From positions 4,339-68,338 of IMG/VR virus record IMGVR_UViG_3300020403_000006: a DNA stretch of 64,000 nucleotides; one strand, 5' to 3'. The notes beneath the pieces are model-generated. The model did no database searches. It saw only the letters and a program-made list of their open reading frames with translations, and had not been told where the DNA came from. Below, one piece after another: positions 53,401 through 61,853 of this stretch (positions are counted from its first letter, which is position 1; the number at the start of each line of letters is the position of its first letter). The translations under genes were made by a program, and so were the position numbers. Source of the DNA: a virus. Taxonomy: Duplodnaviria; Caudoviricetes.

Positions 53401-55947
53401 GGTAACGTTCCCCATCATCAAGGATACATAACTGGAGGGGGCGTTAGTGCCGATTATATAACAAATATTTATGCTGGTAACATATTAACAGATAGAATTA
53501 CTGCAACAGATTTTGTACTCGCTCATCCAAGCGGAAGGATTTTGAGTGATAACATTCATGCCAGAGGATCTAATAATCATGAATACGATTATTTAAATGG
53601 TAGTGGTGTTTATATCGATCACAAAATGTTCAGGATAGGAGATCCCGAACCTGGAGGTTTTGGTTTGTTTTGGACGGGGGAAAAGCATGGTCTTTTGGGT
53701 GAATACAAGAAGCCTAGATTTAATAAAGATGGAGATGGATTTCATGCTATAAATATAAATCCTAATACTTTAGAAATCAGGGGCAACATGACCGCTGGTT
53801 CGATAAGAATTGGAAACTCTGACGAAGCCGCATTAGATGTAGATAATCAAGGTAATTTAACAATAGGAGATCAGAGAAAAAATATAACAGGATTCTTTCA
53901 TGGAGAATTGGGTTACAGTGGTTTATTGAGAGATGAATTCGGTGAATCAAGCCCCCCTTCAAATGTTCCACCAAATGCATCCGACGCGGGAAAAGTTTTT
54001 GTACAATTAGATCTAAGTAATTACAGCGCAGCAGAGTTGAGTGACCTAGCTGGTGGAGGAATGTTTTTAGAAACTCATTGGATACGAGGAGATAATTACA
54101 GAGGTATAGAGAATAGACAAATTGAAGCCATACAATTAACGCCTCACGGAAACTATGCTGCTGGATTCGGGGTAGCTAGACTAGGTATTCCATTTGCGGT
54201 TAACATGGGTTTTGATTTTTCAACAAGATTCGGAAACAATTATGATTTGTATGGAGCGGTTACAACTGGCACTAAGCAGACAGAATTAAATACCCTTAGC
54301 CCTTATTATAGCACTCCAAAATATAGAGATTGGTTTAGAGTTCATAATGCAAAATTTAAAGTATTAAACGATGGTACTCTATTTGCCGCAGATGCTCAAA
54401 TAATGGGTACGATAAAAGCGGCTGCTCTTGAAGTGGGTCAAACTATAGTTTTAGGAGATGAATTTAATACCCATAACACTATAATACAGAGTTATGGGTT
54501 TCAGGAAGCATTACCCTGTGATGATCCAACAGCTGATGCTAGAGGGTGGGCTATCAAAGGAGATGGTAGTGCATACTTTAAGAGTATAGATATAAGATCT
54601 GGAATAATAAGCGGATCTTTAGGTCTTGCAGTAGGTAAATGTAACGAGCCTAACCATTTTAGAGTAAATGGAAAAGGGGATATGTCGATAGGTCCTTATT
54701 TAGTGCCTGATCAAAATAATTTTTATGTTAGTAGGTATGGAGATTTAAAAGCTAGGAATGCCACTATATCTGGAGATCTTGCAGTAACGGGAACAATTGA
54801 TGTTGGCGAAGGAATAAGACTATGCACAGACATAACTAGAGATGCTTTTGGAAATGTTATTGATGTAGATAAAACAAAAGGGATTTTTATTGATAGTGAC
54901 TCTATTAGATCTAGCACTTTTACAAATACAGCATTTAGTTTTCCAACAGATTTTGTAGCAAGAGGGAATGGCGGTTTTCAAATCAGAAATGATGGAAGAA
55001 GTGTGTTTCATGATGTTTTTGTTACTGGAGGATTCTTAAGTGGTGTTTCTATTATAGCTGGTAAGGGAGATTCAACCGATCCATTCTTTAAAGTATTTAA
55101 TAATGGAGAAATGAGTATAGGGTCATATGATAGTCCTAGTTCTGCACCACAGAAATCTCACCCATTTTATGTAACAAGAAGAGGTGACCTTTATGCGCAA
55201 AATGCATATATAAAAGGAACAATAACAGGGCAGTATGGAAAGATAGGATCTCTTTACTTAAATCCAAATTTTCTTTCAACATATGATGCAGACACTAATA
55301 AGATAAGAACTAGTAATACTCATCAAGCAGGAAGAACTGGATTGTATATGGGAAAAAATGGAGAGTTTTCTATAGCAAATAAGCACGGTTTAGTTTTAGC
55401 ATGGAACGGAAGTAATAAATACATTACAGCAACTGGTATCGCATCAAGCGATACCCAAAATGCAGTTTTCACTAGAGCTCTTGACAGCTCAAGCAGGGGT
55501 AAAGGATTCCACCTCCAAGGGGATGGGGCAGGAAGCTGGATATCAAACTTTGACACGGATCCGTATAGTGCGAGTGGTATAGCTGCTGATGTTCAAACAT
55601 CAATCAATGGAGATATTAAGAACCCAATAAAAGATGAAAAATATTATGTATTAAATAATTCAGAAATTGGTTACAATATACATGGAATATACATGGAAAC
55701 AGATGTTGGCACATGTCAATGTCAATGGTATAAAAACAAAGCCGCAAACAGTGTAGTAGGATCCGCTATGAATGCTACAGCAGGAGGAAATCATCAAACC
55801 CTAATAGGTGTGGCAACTAATAATATCAATCCAAATGGAACGGATAACTACTTAGTAGTAAAGCCAACTGCAGTTAACGCTTCCACAACAAGTTTGAGAT
55901 TCAGAGTTGACCTACAAAGAGACAACAGCTTTAAAGATCGCCATTAA
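47476..55947 (+). CDS. Central tail fibre / host specificity protein J-like, 2823 aa
   Basis: LICEGPIEG, WTDNPAWILYDLITNDRYGLG, RRFSCNILL; four FN3-like units; C-terminal F-x-V-x3-G-x-L/M repeats. Confidence 0.9.
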   Translation: MATVNANASDTEPRLFFRTVTGNFNPSDEDKEKLQSTSFLKALDLICEGPIEGFCNQTGELVSGQNILEGIYLNEVPIKQTNDFDPFGQYNFRNVQLAYKKGAGDQEPFFTGQGCGCASTAVDNFYWLQDFSYASQTIPKNINLDNQTVVEKQPNGQALKLLSQGSHAVVDQDVDWLGVTLGISQCYNIDAEGEQKPNKGAFHIWGDITGYVHRSLPAGTTGHIVDDGVNEHNLFVEFDGLALSNYREDVFLKLKDVKDLKKNRPRQVYIRNITQASTSFKSKFAGTLESVTEIVDQNLKYPSSALVASEVSAESFGSPPQRSFHLKLKKVKVPSNYVEKQIGEDGPTKKRAYHSAYGPKGSKHTSEERHEGVWDGNFKTELEWTDNPAWILYDLITNDRYGLGEYIKDVNIDKWELYKIAKYCDELVNTSMSDSSGVDFIRERRFSCNILLQNAADAYQTINEISSIFRGMTYFNNLEIFVSINSLKESILNFTNENVLDGSFRYSGTPNHTKFTAVKIAYKDKDDSFLPKYEYIEDPEGIIRYGIILKESSAIGCTSRDQALRLGRWILLTSNLEEETVNFVTDRQAEYIEPGEVFSVYDKNRSGFRVGGKVKFVQGSKNSVNENFILLDQQIDTGSYNYNSISFLIPGKDFNTDNSQYKEFIHRNGYNIGGQDNGDRSWGKTPINSNTSNNTTLNNYFENTTSGTKILTDEDEDLILIDPLSTQDSFISNNAKHKTLNDYLLQSGVLNQGGIRDGADRCTGTQKIREGAIFLLHGESKAGETDEFKSKDFQLLSKSDNGDGTYSMVGLEYDSGKFAQTDDLSTIYTDTTFDYDLDDTKKPTGPGDEPPGLVVGPPGPPQIINYGYPKENTVDLIVRTSGVINSQGESISKAFYYFHNTMENAKYYQNGLSVGDRYQIRVQQITEEYYGSILGTIQNAKNVLQQGQYVVSGIQDCGEYNVIYDNANPDLNKRFTPSGKALVAGTQNVQLSIPNYNEAKFNPFIKIERPRNTLEFDDLKLEGCTVFSKKYDDVITGNVLSGEFELPDPDAYYELRWNEANSLGESPEKIMIFKGSKDKIPPATPTDFVLSINNIFPNVLNFNWKHQAEIDSDLAGFRIYTGHIGGTNTDMEFTDFSSQKNPHNTYNDPIPGSSFGEIMGPNARYYTYEANTKDGTIKNDAGEQISFGETGAFHLRAFDFSQNLSDPVNSNALTLFGFASAPELILSGEIREEGLGTDTYGAFPILHAFYSGNFHNFDAFKKYLLKIHDQTNGFGVPQRFSITKDEIKTAPAIYNAGASGHLEIRSVLPESEYFGQLVAVTNDDRESPEGTDTARIGKDEFPPGKLQNFRVRKQWSNFKFSWDKPPEYDVAKVLLFTGSGYQNFGINKATESTVTKLEQPANQAPVFEMFGAVDPMDSPIYRIDKFRDEGKESWEKTRFPFHVVPVDTSNNTGMYSDYTYRYVNLAGPEVHTSGSLAEDGRSMIHVFYSGIAQHDESFKSYETEYQDTSQFEIQNFNHPVKASYDPSAEGLGSGHFAFEAVGSHFYDVKVRAIFDSFESNYSTDTILTNHLYGITSQDIYAPPDEIPPGPCTWIASQKNGGNIFLSWKNPPDRDLSHINLYTGYQNFTGTEYGTKLHQQSLAISDLIPLKDFAKNANSDLYFWLRAVDTSNNTGDWSVGNAQYDVLPHNSGQRASIGVPEPLHRKHIIVNSGINVDEDGDGAATAFIEYQITGVLDYQQSYYKVDLARNSLYNPLVATQTAEIEHGPKTNSMTGSGVFNGLLCNKDYYLRARVHEHDGRHSDYSDAWQNPIRTPRDNTLPIEMQNFYITSGPKQVFLEWDWGNGISRDISHIYVYRTGIPTGRLNEKSSKEKYCWKMSDISGYFKDNPDEYYYKLSASTSYTDNEIVTGMLSGQGVDLNPGTVRQEPYYFYFLQPEDRSQNRSANFVSGVSRDAHNFYYTNKAKTEVSNYVNSLYGNVPHHQGYITGGGVSADYITNIYAGNILTDRITATDFVLAHPSGRILSDNIHARGSNNHEYDYLNGSGVYIDHKMFRIGDPEPGGFGLFWTGEKHGLLGEYKKPRFNKDGDGFHAININPNTLEIRGNMTAGSIRIGNSDEAALDVDNQGNLTIGDQRKNITGFFHGELGYSGLLRDEFGESSPPSNVPPNASDAGKVFVQLDLSNYSAAELSDLAGGGMFLETHWIRGDNYRGIENRQIEAIQLTPHGNYAAGFGVARLGIPFAVNMGFDFSTRFGNNYDLYGAVTTGTKQTELNTLSPYYSTPKYRDWFRVHNAKFKVLNDGTLFAADAQIMGTIKAAALEVGQTIVLGDEFNTHNTIIQSYGFQEALPCDDPTADARGWAIKGDGSAYFKSIDIRSGIISGSLGLAVGKCNEPNHFRVNGKGDMSIGPYLVPDQNNFYVSRYGDLKARNATISGDLAVTGTIDVGEGIRLCTDITRDAFGNVIDVDKTKGIFIDSDSIRSSTFTNTAFSFPTDFVARGNGGFQIRNDGRSVFHDVFVTGGFLSGVSIIAGKGDSTDPFFKVFNNGEMSIGSYDSPSSAPQKSHPFYVTRRGDLYAQNAYIKGTITGQYGKIGSLYLNPNFLSTYDADTNKIRTSNTHQAGRTGLYMGKNGEFSIANKHGLVLAWNGSNKYITATGIASSDTQNAVFTRALDSSSRGKGFHLQGDGAGSWISNFDTDPYSASGIAADVQTSINGDIKNPIKDEKYYVLNNSEIGYNIHGIYMETDVGTCQCQWYKNKAANSVVGSAMNATAGGNHQTLIGVATNNINPNGTDNYLVVKPTAVNASTTSLRFRVDLQRDNSFKDRH

Positions 55948-55962
55948 GATTTATTATAAGTT

Positions 55963-56148
55963 ATGAACATTAAAGATCTTGACGATTTAAATATAAAAGC
56001 ATTACTCTACGATTTTATTACTGAAAAAGAAAGGCTTGATGAAAGTATTTTAGTTATGCGAGACGAGTTAGCAAGAAGAGAGCAAGACAGACAAAAACAG
56101 CTAGAGGATAGAAAAAAACAAAATAAGCCTATAAGTAAAGAGTCTTAA
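55963..56148 (+). CDS. Small coiled-coil protein (fibre chaperone-like)
   Basis: 61 aa (IKALLYD...LARR) directly after the J gene; TATTAT 5 nt before ATG. Confidence 0.55.
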   Translation: MNIKDLDDLNIKALLYDFITEKERLDESILVMRDELARREQDRQKQLEDRKKQNKPISKES

Positions 56149-56150
56149 AA

Positions 56151-58808
56151 ATGCCCTACGATCAGATATACTGGAATAATTACGGGGGTGCATCTTATGC
56201 TGGAAGTGGAGAAGCTGAGTTTTCAAATGCGCATGATGTAAGATATGGAAAAACTGACACAGAAGACAGTCATTCGACTTTTTCTTTTGTTGGAAAAAGA
56301 AGAGAATATATTCAAGACTTTTTTCAACTATTAATTAGAGACGATAGGCATCCTTTTGATTTTTTTGACATTGCTAGTTCTGCAAATGGAGTAAGTGTAG
56401 AATACTGGACAACATTTAACTCCCCAATGGTTTATGGGTGGCCTGGTGTAACCACTTATGGATCTAATGTTTCAGCTATGACAGTAAATAGCATCGCATC
56501 AGTATACCCCCAAAAAAGAGATAAAAGTGGAACCACTGAGCATTCTACTTCTACGGATGATTTATTTCAGGCGCAAAACAGAGAGAGCTGTCATCACCTT
56601 TCAAATTCAGCATTATCTAATAATATAAGCAATCCTTTTGTTGGAATACACAAGGATAACCCATTAAAAATAACTACTACAAAAAGTTATAAAGGATATA
56701 GATTAATATTAAAGAGGAAAAGATTCTATTATAATGAATGTGGCGCTGGAGGAAATAACCTTGGAGTTAGAGTTGTTCAGCCTTTTTGCACACAATTCGA
56801 AGACGGGTGGGGAAGTTTACACCCAGCTGGTGCTGCACCAAATAGTTGGATCGCTAACGGTATAGACGGAACTACTCTTTCGGGCGGAGGAAGTTCATCG
56901 AATCCACTTACTTACAATAGAGATGGTCCTCAGAATTCTTTAACAGATGTTGCTGATTTAAAAAAATTATTTAGAAGTAAAATACCATCAACGAGTAACG
57001 CAACAGCAACTGATAGACTACAAGTCGAAACATCGCCGAGTTGGAAGGGAACAATAGATGGTGAAGAAGTTTATCCATGTTGCCCAGAAAGATACGACAA
57101 TCCCTTCCTAGAAGAAGAAAATGCATACGATTGGGATAATGAAATAGATGTTAAAGATGCTGTCATTAGTGATGATTACAATACAAGACTGCAAACTCAT
57201 ACTGGGTCAGTATATTTAAAAAATATAACAATTAAAGTTAATGGATCAGTGCTCTCTGCACAAAACGATATAAAAGGACAATATGCAGAAATGTCAAATA
57301 CTGATATATATACAGACAGAGGGGTTGCGATAAAAGCAACAAGTGGTGGAGCTGGAAATAAAACAATAACATTTTCTAACCTGTATGGTGGCTCAACCTC
57401 GATACTTAGAAGATATATATCAACGGATTTTAAAATAAAGTTCGCAGGGGACAGTACTGAATATGGAATAGCATCTGTTTCAAACTCAAATATTACATTA
57501 TCAAGCAATTTAGCTTCAGCAAAAACTAATTCAAATTTTACATTATTAATACCTAGAGGATCTACAGATAGCAACTATACATGGGGAAACTACAAATTAA
57601 CTAGTTTTGACGGAGATACATATGATAATACAGCATGTGATGACATAAGGGTTGGACATAACCCACCCAGCTCGGTGGTTTCAGATTTGTTTAGAAATAC
57701 TCCAGCAGTAAGCACTGGAAGCGGAAAAACTTTTCATACAATAATGAATAGCAATCAAGAAGGTACTGGCGGTGGAAAATCAGAGATCCCAGTAAGGCAC
57801 CCTTATTGGTCTAACGAGTTATCAGAAGCTCTTCATGTTAAGCGCGATTTTTCGTCACTAGCTTATTGGACCCATATATATTGGCACTCTCATACAGGTC
57901 ATTTTATGCATATTGCTTCTAAGGTAAATTCTGCCACAACAAATGTAAGTTGGAATAAATGTAATTGGGTAAAGTATTGGGAACAAGAACACACTAATGA
58001 TTCTACCGATTCGTCTACAGAATATAGTGGAAGTGGATATAGTAATTTAAAGACGTCCGAAATATATTTAACAATATTTGGTGATTCGGATCTTGAAGGA
58101 GAGGATTTTACTTTTAATATTAAACAATTTCATCATGGCGGGCTAGATGAAGCTACTGGTGCTCTATGGCCCTCTTATAAAAATAATGTAGCATCACTAA
58201 ATTCTACATATTTAAACAACGGAAGCTTTACAAGTACTTGGAGTGATTGGGCTAAAGAATTTGAGGAAGCATATGGGTCTTCGGTAGTCAAGGCTAAGGA
58301 GCTTGATAAATGTAATTTTTCGGGATGTGCAATAGGATTTGACCCATCAATGAGAGGTTTTTTTATGATGAGCCAACGCTTAGGATCTGGCTTACAGGGT
58401 TTCGATGTGTGTTTATTGTTGAGTATGTGTGGGGCTGGTTATACCAACAACTCCACAAATAATGGAAATCAATGGGCAAAAGAAATTAGGCATAAATGCC
58501 ACAAAACTTTGTTGCATCCGTGGGCTTTAGCTCAGTACGGATTTGAAACAGATATGCTTGGCTGGAACGGTTATCTTGCTGGAAAAAAAAGCGGAAGATG
58601 GCCTTTTCATGCATTCACGATATATGATAGCGATGCTATATTACCAGCAGGAACAAATATTGAAGTGTCGCTCCACCAAGCATCGAATGCTTTTAGTAGA
58701 GAGCTTGAAGATGATCAAGGAGATTTGCAAGAAGAGGGACCATTTTTGGGTTATGGTCAAGGCACAAAACCTATAGATAATTATCAATTATTTATAGTTG
58801 CAAAATAA
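56151..58808 (+). CDS. Large hypothetical structural protein
   Basis: 885-aa S/T/N/G-rich ORF in the tail region; no motif recognised. Confidence 0.6.
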   Translation: MPYDQIYWNNYGGASYAGSGEAEFSNAHDVRYGKTDTEDSHSTFSFVGKRREYIQDFFQLLIRDDRHPFDFFDIASSANGVSVEYWTTFNSPMVYGWPGVTTYGSNVSAMTVNSIASVYPQKRDKSGTTEHSTSTDDLFQAQNRESCHHLSNSALSNNISNPFVGIHKDNPLKITTTKSYKGYRLILKRKRFYYNECGAGGNNLGVRVVQPFCTQFEDGWGSLHPAGAAPNSWIANGIDGTTLSGGGSSSNPLTYNRDGPQNSLTDVADLKKLFRSKIPSTSNATATDRLQVETSPSWKGTIDGEEVYPCCPERYDNPFLEEENAYDWDNEIDVKDAVISDDYNTRLQTHTGSVYLKNITIKVNGSVLSAQNDIKGQYAEMSNTDIYTDRGVAIKATSGGAGNKTITFSNLYGGSTSILRRYISTDFKIKFAGDSTEYGIASVSNSNITLSSNLASAKTNSNFTLLIPRGSTDSNYTWGNYKLTSFDGDTYDNTACDDIRVGHNPPSSVVSDLFRNTPAVSTGSGKTFHTIMNSNQEGTGGGKSEIPVRHPYWSNELSEALHVKRDFSSLAYWTHIYWHSHTGHFMHIASKVNSATTNVSWNKCNWVKYWEQEHTNDSTDSSTEYSGSGYSNLKTSEIYLTIFGDSDLEGEDFTFNIKQFHHGGLDEATGALWPSYKNNVASLNSTYLNNGSFTSTWSDWAKEFEEAYGSSVVKAKELDKCNFSGCAIGFDPSMRGFFMMSQRLGSGLQGFDVCLLLSMCGAGYTNNSTNNGNQWAKEIRHKCHKTLLHPWALAQYGFETDMLGWNGYLAGKKSGRWPFHAFTIYDSDAILPAGTNIEVSLHQASNAFSRELEDDQGDLQEEGPFLGYGQGTKPIDNYQLFIVAK

Positions 58809-58820
58809 TTAATTTTTATT

Positions 58821-59957
58821 TTAGCAATTTGGGCAGGGAAGATCGAAGCAGTATGGAATCGTTGTGCTTGCGTATCCTACACAAGAAGGATGAGAACTAG
58901 GACATCTTGGATAAGCTGGAGGAGTCCATGTTACATCTACTACTACAGAACCGCAATGTTGTCCTGGATTATTGTTCCCTGCAGGATGGCTACTTCTTTC
59001 GGGAAAATAAAATCTTGGTTGAATTCCTTTGGTTGACCAACCTGGGTTAAGCATTGGTTTAATATAAGCATTATACCCAGAGTTTTGCCTTCTTCTATTG
59101 TCAAGAGCTACAACATAATGAACAAGGTCTGGAGCTTGTGGAGCCCCTCTAGAGACTGAGTTATGAGGGTTTTGATAAAGCAAACTTTCTATTGAATCAA
59201 GATCTAAAGATCTACCATGTGCATATAAAACATTTTCTTCTTTTGCAAAACTCACACTACCTCTAGTTTTTAAACCAAACCCTCCTTCGCCAACTCGATC
59301 AGCTTTAGTGGAATAGCTTTCATTATAATTAGATTTGCCTTTTACTTCTTGCAATCTGGTTAAAAATTGTGCTATATTTTCTTTTCCTCCATTTGCTGTA
59401 TTTTCTATTTTCGAGAAAAAGCTTCTGTCATTTTTGTTGGCTATCTCTATAGTTCTTTCTATAGCATTATCATATATATATTCTTGTTCAATTTTTCCGT
59501 TTTTAGTTGAAAATATTCTGAATCTAGTATTTTCTGGATCACCCCTGTAAACTGTTTGGTTTGATATAATCTTACTCCCATACTCATAATCATAATTAAG
59601 AAGAGCAGTTGGATTACCAGAATCTGCTATGGAGCATGCTATTTGAATGAAGACAACTTCTCCATCCTGGATGTTTGAAACCTCATATGCTACAAATTTT
59701 TCATTAGTTGCGGTTAAGGGGGTTACTGTAGCATAAGTTTGTTTATTAATAGCATTTTTATAATTGCTGTTTATATTTAATACTTCCCATTGATAAGTGT
59801 CGATATTTAAAATAGTTCCTCCGCCTGGTGCTTGAGCAGCTTCGCCTTGAGCAACAGTTAGCTTGGGCGTTATTATTACCTTACTTTCACTTTCTCCGTC
59901 TTTATCGTTACATGTTTTGTATAAAGAGCTATCTATTGTTGCATAAAAATCTGACAT
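58821..59957 (-). CDS. Hypothetical structural protein with Cys-rich C-terminus
   Basis: 378 aa; Ig-like beta N-terminus; ends RCPSSHPSC...YCFDLPCPNC. Confidence 0.55.
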   Translation of the reverse strand: MSDFYATIDSSLYKTCNDKDGESESKVIITPKLTVAQGEAAQAPGGGTILNIDTYQWEVLNINSNYKNAINKQTYATVTPLTATNEKFVAYEVSNIQDGEVVFIQIACSIADSGNPTALLNYDYEYGSKIISNQTVYRGDPENTRFRIFSTKNGKIEQEYIYDNAIERTIEIANKNDRSFFSKIENTANGGKENIAQFLTRLQEVKGKSNYNESYSTKADRVGEGGFGLKTRGSVSFAKEENVLYAHGRSLDLDSIESLLYQNPHNSVSRGAPQAPDLVHYVVALDNRRRQNSGYNAYIKPMLNPGWSTKGIQPRFYFPERSSHPAGNNNPGQHCGSVVVDVTWTPPAYPRCPSSHPSCVGYASTTIPYCFDLPCPNC

Positions 59958-59971
59958 ATTAATTTCTTTCT

Positions 59972-61798
59972 TTATTCTGGAAGTCGGTCAAAAGATCCAT
60001 CGTGAATAACAGTCCAACCATTTTTCTTTAATTCATTTATACCGCTAATGCAATAATTATTAATATCGGGAAAACCTTCTTCGTGAGCATTACTCCTCAA
60101 TCCATCAAAAACTGGTGATTCTGGTCCTACCCTTGGGTCTTGGTTCGAGATATTTAAGTAACCATTTTTTCTGAAGGTTATATTTGCAGCCCTTATCCAG
60201 TAGTAAAGGCCAGTTTGATTAAGACTATTACCAGCTACATTTATATGTTTTAATAAATAAGAGTTAATTGGTGCTGGATCTGCTCCCTCAGGAACGGCTT
60301 GATCATGAGCTTCGTCAACTTCTATACCGTTGTAATAAGGCACTCTTAAGTAATCGGGGACGGTTCTATATACATTTTGAGGAAATTCTCCAGTGCTACT
60401 ATAAAAAGCCGATGAATGAGCTCCATGTAAATCATTTTGTGTGGATAAAGAGCAGCCTGAAAGATCAAGATGCGCAATAGCCTTTAATTCCATTGGATGA
60501 CCTCTAAAATGCTCAAAATTAGGGCAATTAGTTATAACAACCCTTGATAAAGTATCATTTACGGTTGGATTGTTTTGATAGGGTATTCTAAAACCTTTTA
60601 TTTCATTTGAGTTTGTAATTTTTATACCTGAATAATGAAAATGCCTATGACCCAAGTATCCGCTTGGAGCTCCTAGATACCAATAATTTTCTTTAGTATA
60701 ACCGTATGCTCCATCCCCGTCAACTTCTAAATTAAGTTCATATGCCTGATATGGAGTAATTTTTAATGTACGCAAAACATTAGGATTTGGAGTCGCTAAA
60801 GCTCCAGTTATATATATTTTTTTCTCTGAATCATTGGGGTCTATCTCGTCGCTAAAAACAAAATCTATGCCCGTAGTCCATTGAACAACTCTTGCTGCGG
60901 ATGGCCTAGTAATCATTCCCGCAGAATCAGAGGTTGTAAGAGTAGTATGAAATATGGACTCTGAGGAATCTACCCCACTAACACCTACAAGTAAAGGTAT
61001 GCTTGTAGCAGAATCCACCATATAAGAGCCAGCATCAACATCATAATCTTGAAATACAGTTTCTACTCTTATTTCCGTGTCTGGCTCGAAGTTAGTACCA
61101 GAATATGTATGAGTGTAAATGCCAGATCCAGTTTTTGCAAAATTTAAAGTATAATGGCTATGAGAGTTCAATCCTCCATGATAACCAGTAATAAAACCGC
61201 TTATTAATTCTTTATTAGAATTTTCGCTTACATAAATTGGATTAGTATTTAATCCAGTCCAATTAGATTGAAGCATGTATGGTCCAAAACTACCAAACTC
61301 TATATCACCAGCATTAGAAACACTATAACCAGAATAGCCAGATATTAAATCTTCATTTATTACAGTTTGTATTTCTTCGCATGTAAAATAATATTTTAAC
61401 GATCTGGACTGCTTTAATCCTTCTTCTGGATGATTAAATGATAACTTATAAGTAGCATCTGTAAATTGATTTAAATAAGTTTTATCGTAATCAACATAAA
61501 ATTTTGCGGCTCTGGGTAATTTATCAGAATAAATTAATGATGGAGACCCTTCAGCAGGATTTTTAACAACTTTAGGGTCTTTAACTTCGTACCAATCGTC
61601 TTTTTTAATTGTTCTCTTATCGTAACTTAAGCCAAAATATTCAGCAACTTCTCTTAAGTAATAATCGGGCCTATCTACAAGATCTGTGTAGGTTATAGCA
61701 GTACCAGTACCATTCCATTTCTTTAACTGGTTTGCAAAAACGCTATGACCAACCTTTAATGATCCTCCGCCTAATTTTACATTTGGGACTCTGCTCAT
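59972..61798 (-). CDS. Hypothetical structural protein with LRR-like C-terminus
   Basis: LSRVVITNCP, IAHLDLSGCSL, LKHINVAGNSL repeats and a GWTV cap. Confidence 0.6.
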   Translation of the reverse strand: MSRVPNVKLGGGSLKVGHSVFANQLKKWNGTGTAITYTDLVDRPDYYLREVAEYFGLSYDKRTIKKDDWYEVKDPKVVKNPAEGSPSLIYSDKLPRAAKFYVDYDKTYLNQFTDATYKLSFNHPEEGLKQSRSLKYYFTCEEIQTVINEDLISGYSGYSVSNAGDIEFGSFGPYMLQSNWTGLNTNPIYVSENSNKELISGFITGYHGGLNSHSHYTLNFAKTGSGIYTHTYSGTNFEPDTEIRVETVFQDYDVDAGSYMVDSATSIPLLVGVSGVDSSESIFHTTLTTSDSAGMITRPSAARVVQWTTGIDFVFSDEIDPNDSEKKIYITGALATPNPNVLRTLKITPYQAYELNLEVDGDGAYGYTKENYWYLGAPSGYLGHRHFHYSGIKITNSNEIKGFRIPYQNNPTVNDTLSRVVITNCPNFEHFRGHPMELKAIAHLDLSGCSLSTQNDLHGAHSSAFYSSTGEFPQNVYRTVPDYLRVPYYNGIEVDEAHDQAVPEGADPAPINSYLLKHINVAGNSLNQTGLYYWIRAANITFRKNGYLNISNQDPRVGPESPVFDGLRSNAHEEGFPDINNYCISGINELKKNGWTVIHDGSFDRLPE

Positions 61799-61803
61799 AA
61801 CTT

Positions 61804-61847
61804 ATTATACACAATATCTAGGTAAAATCCATGTAAAGGTGTAATAT
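61804..61847. promoter_or_regulatory. Back-to-back GTG-TAnnnT promoter-like motifs
   Basis: GTGTATAAT on minus (61812-61804), 5 nt before ATG 61798; GTGTAATAT on plus (61839-61847), 6 nt before GTG 61854. Confidence 0.65.
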
Positions 61848-61853
61848 TTATTT

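Noticed and set aside
30076-55947. Inteins or introns inflating TMP and J
   Set aside because: No C/S...HN splice ends, LAGLIDADG/HNH motifs or frame breaks were seen.
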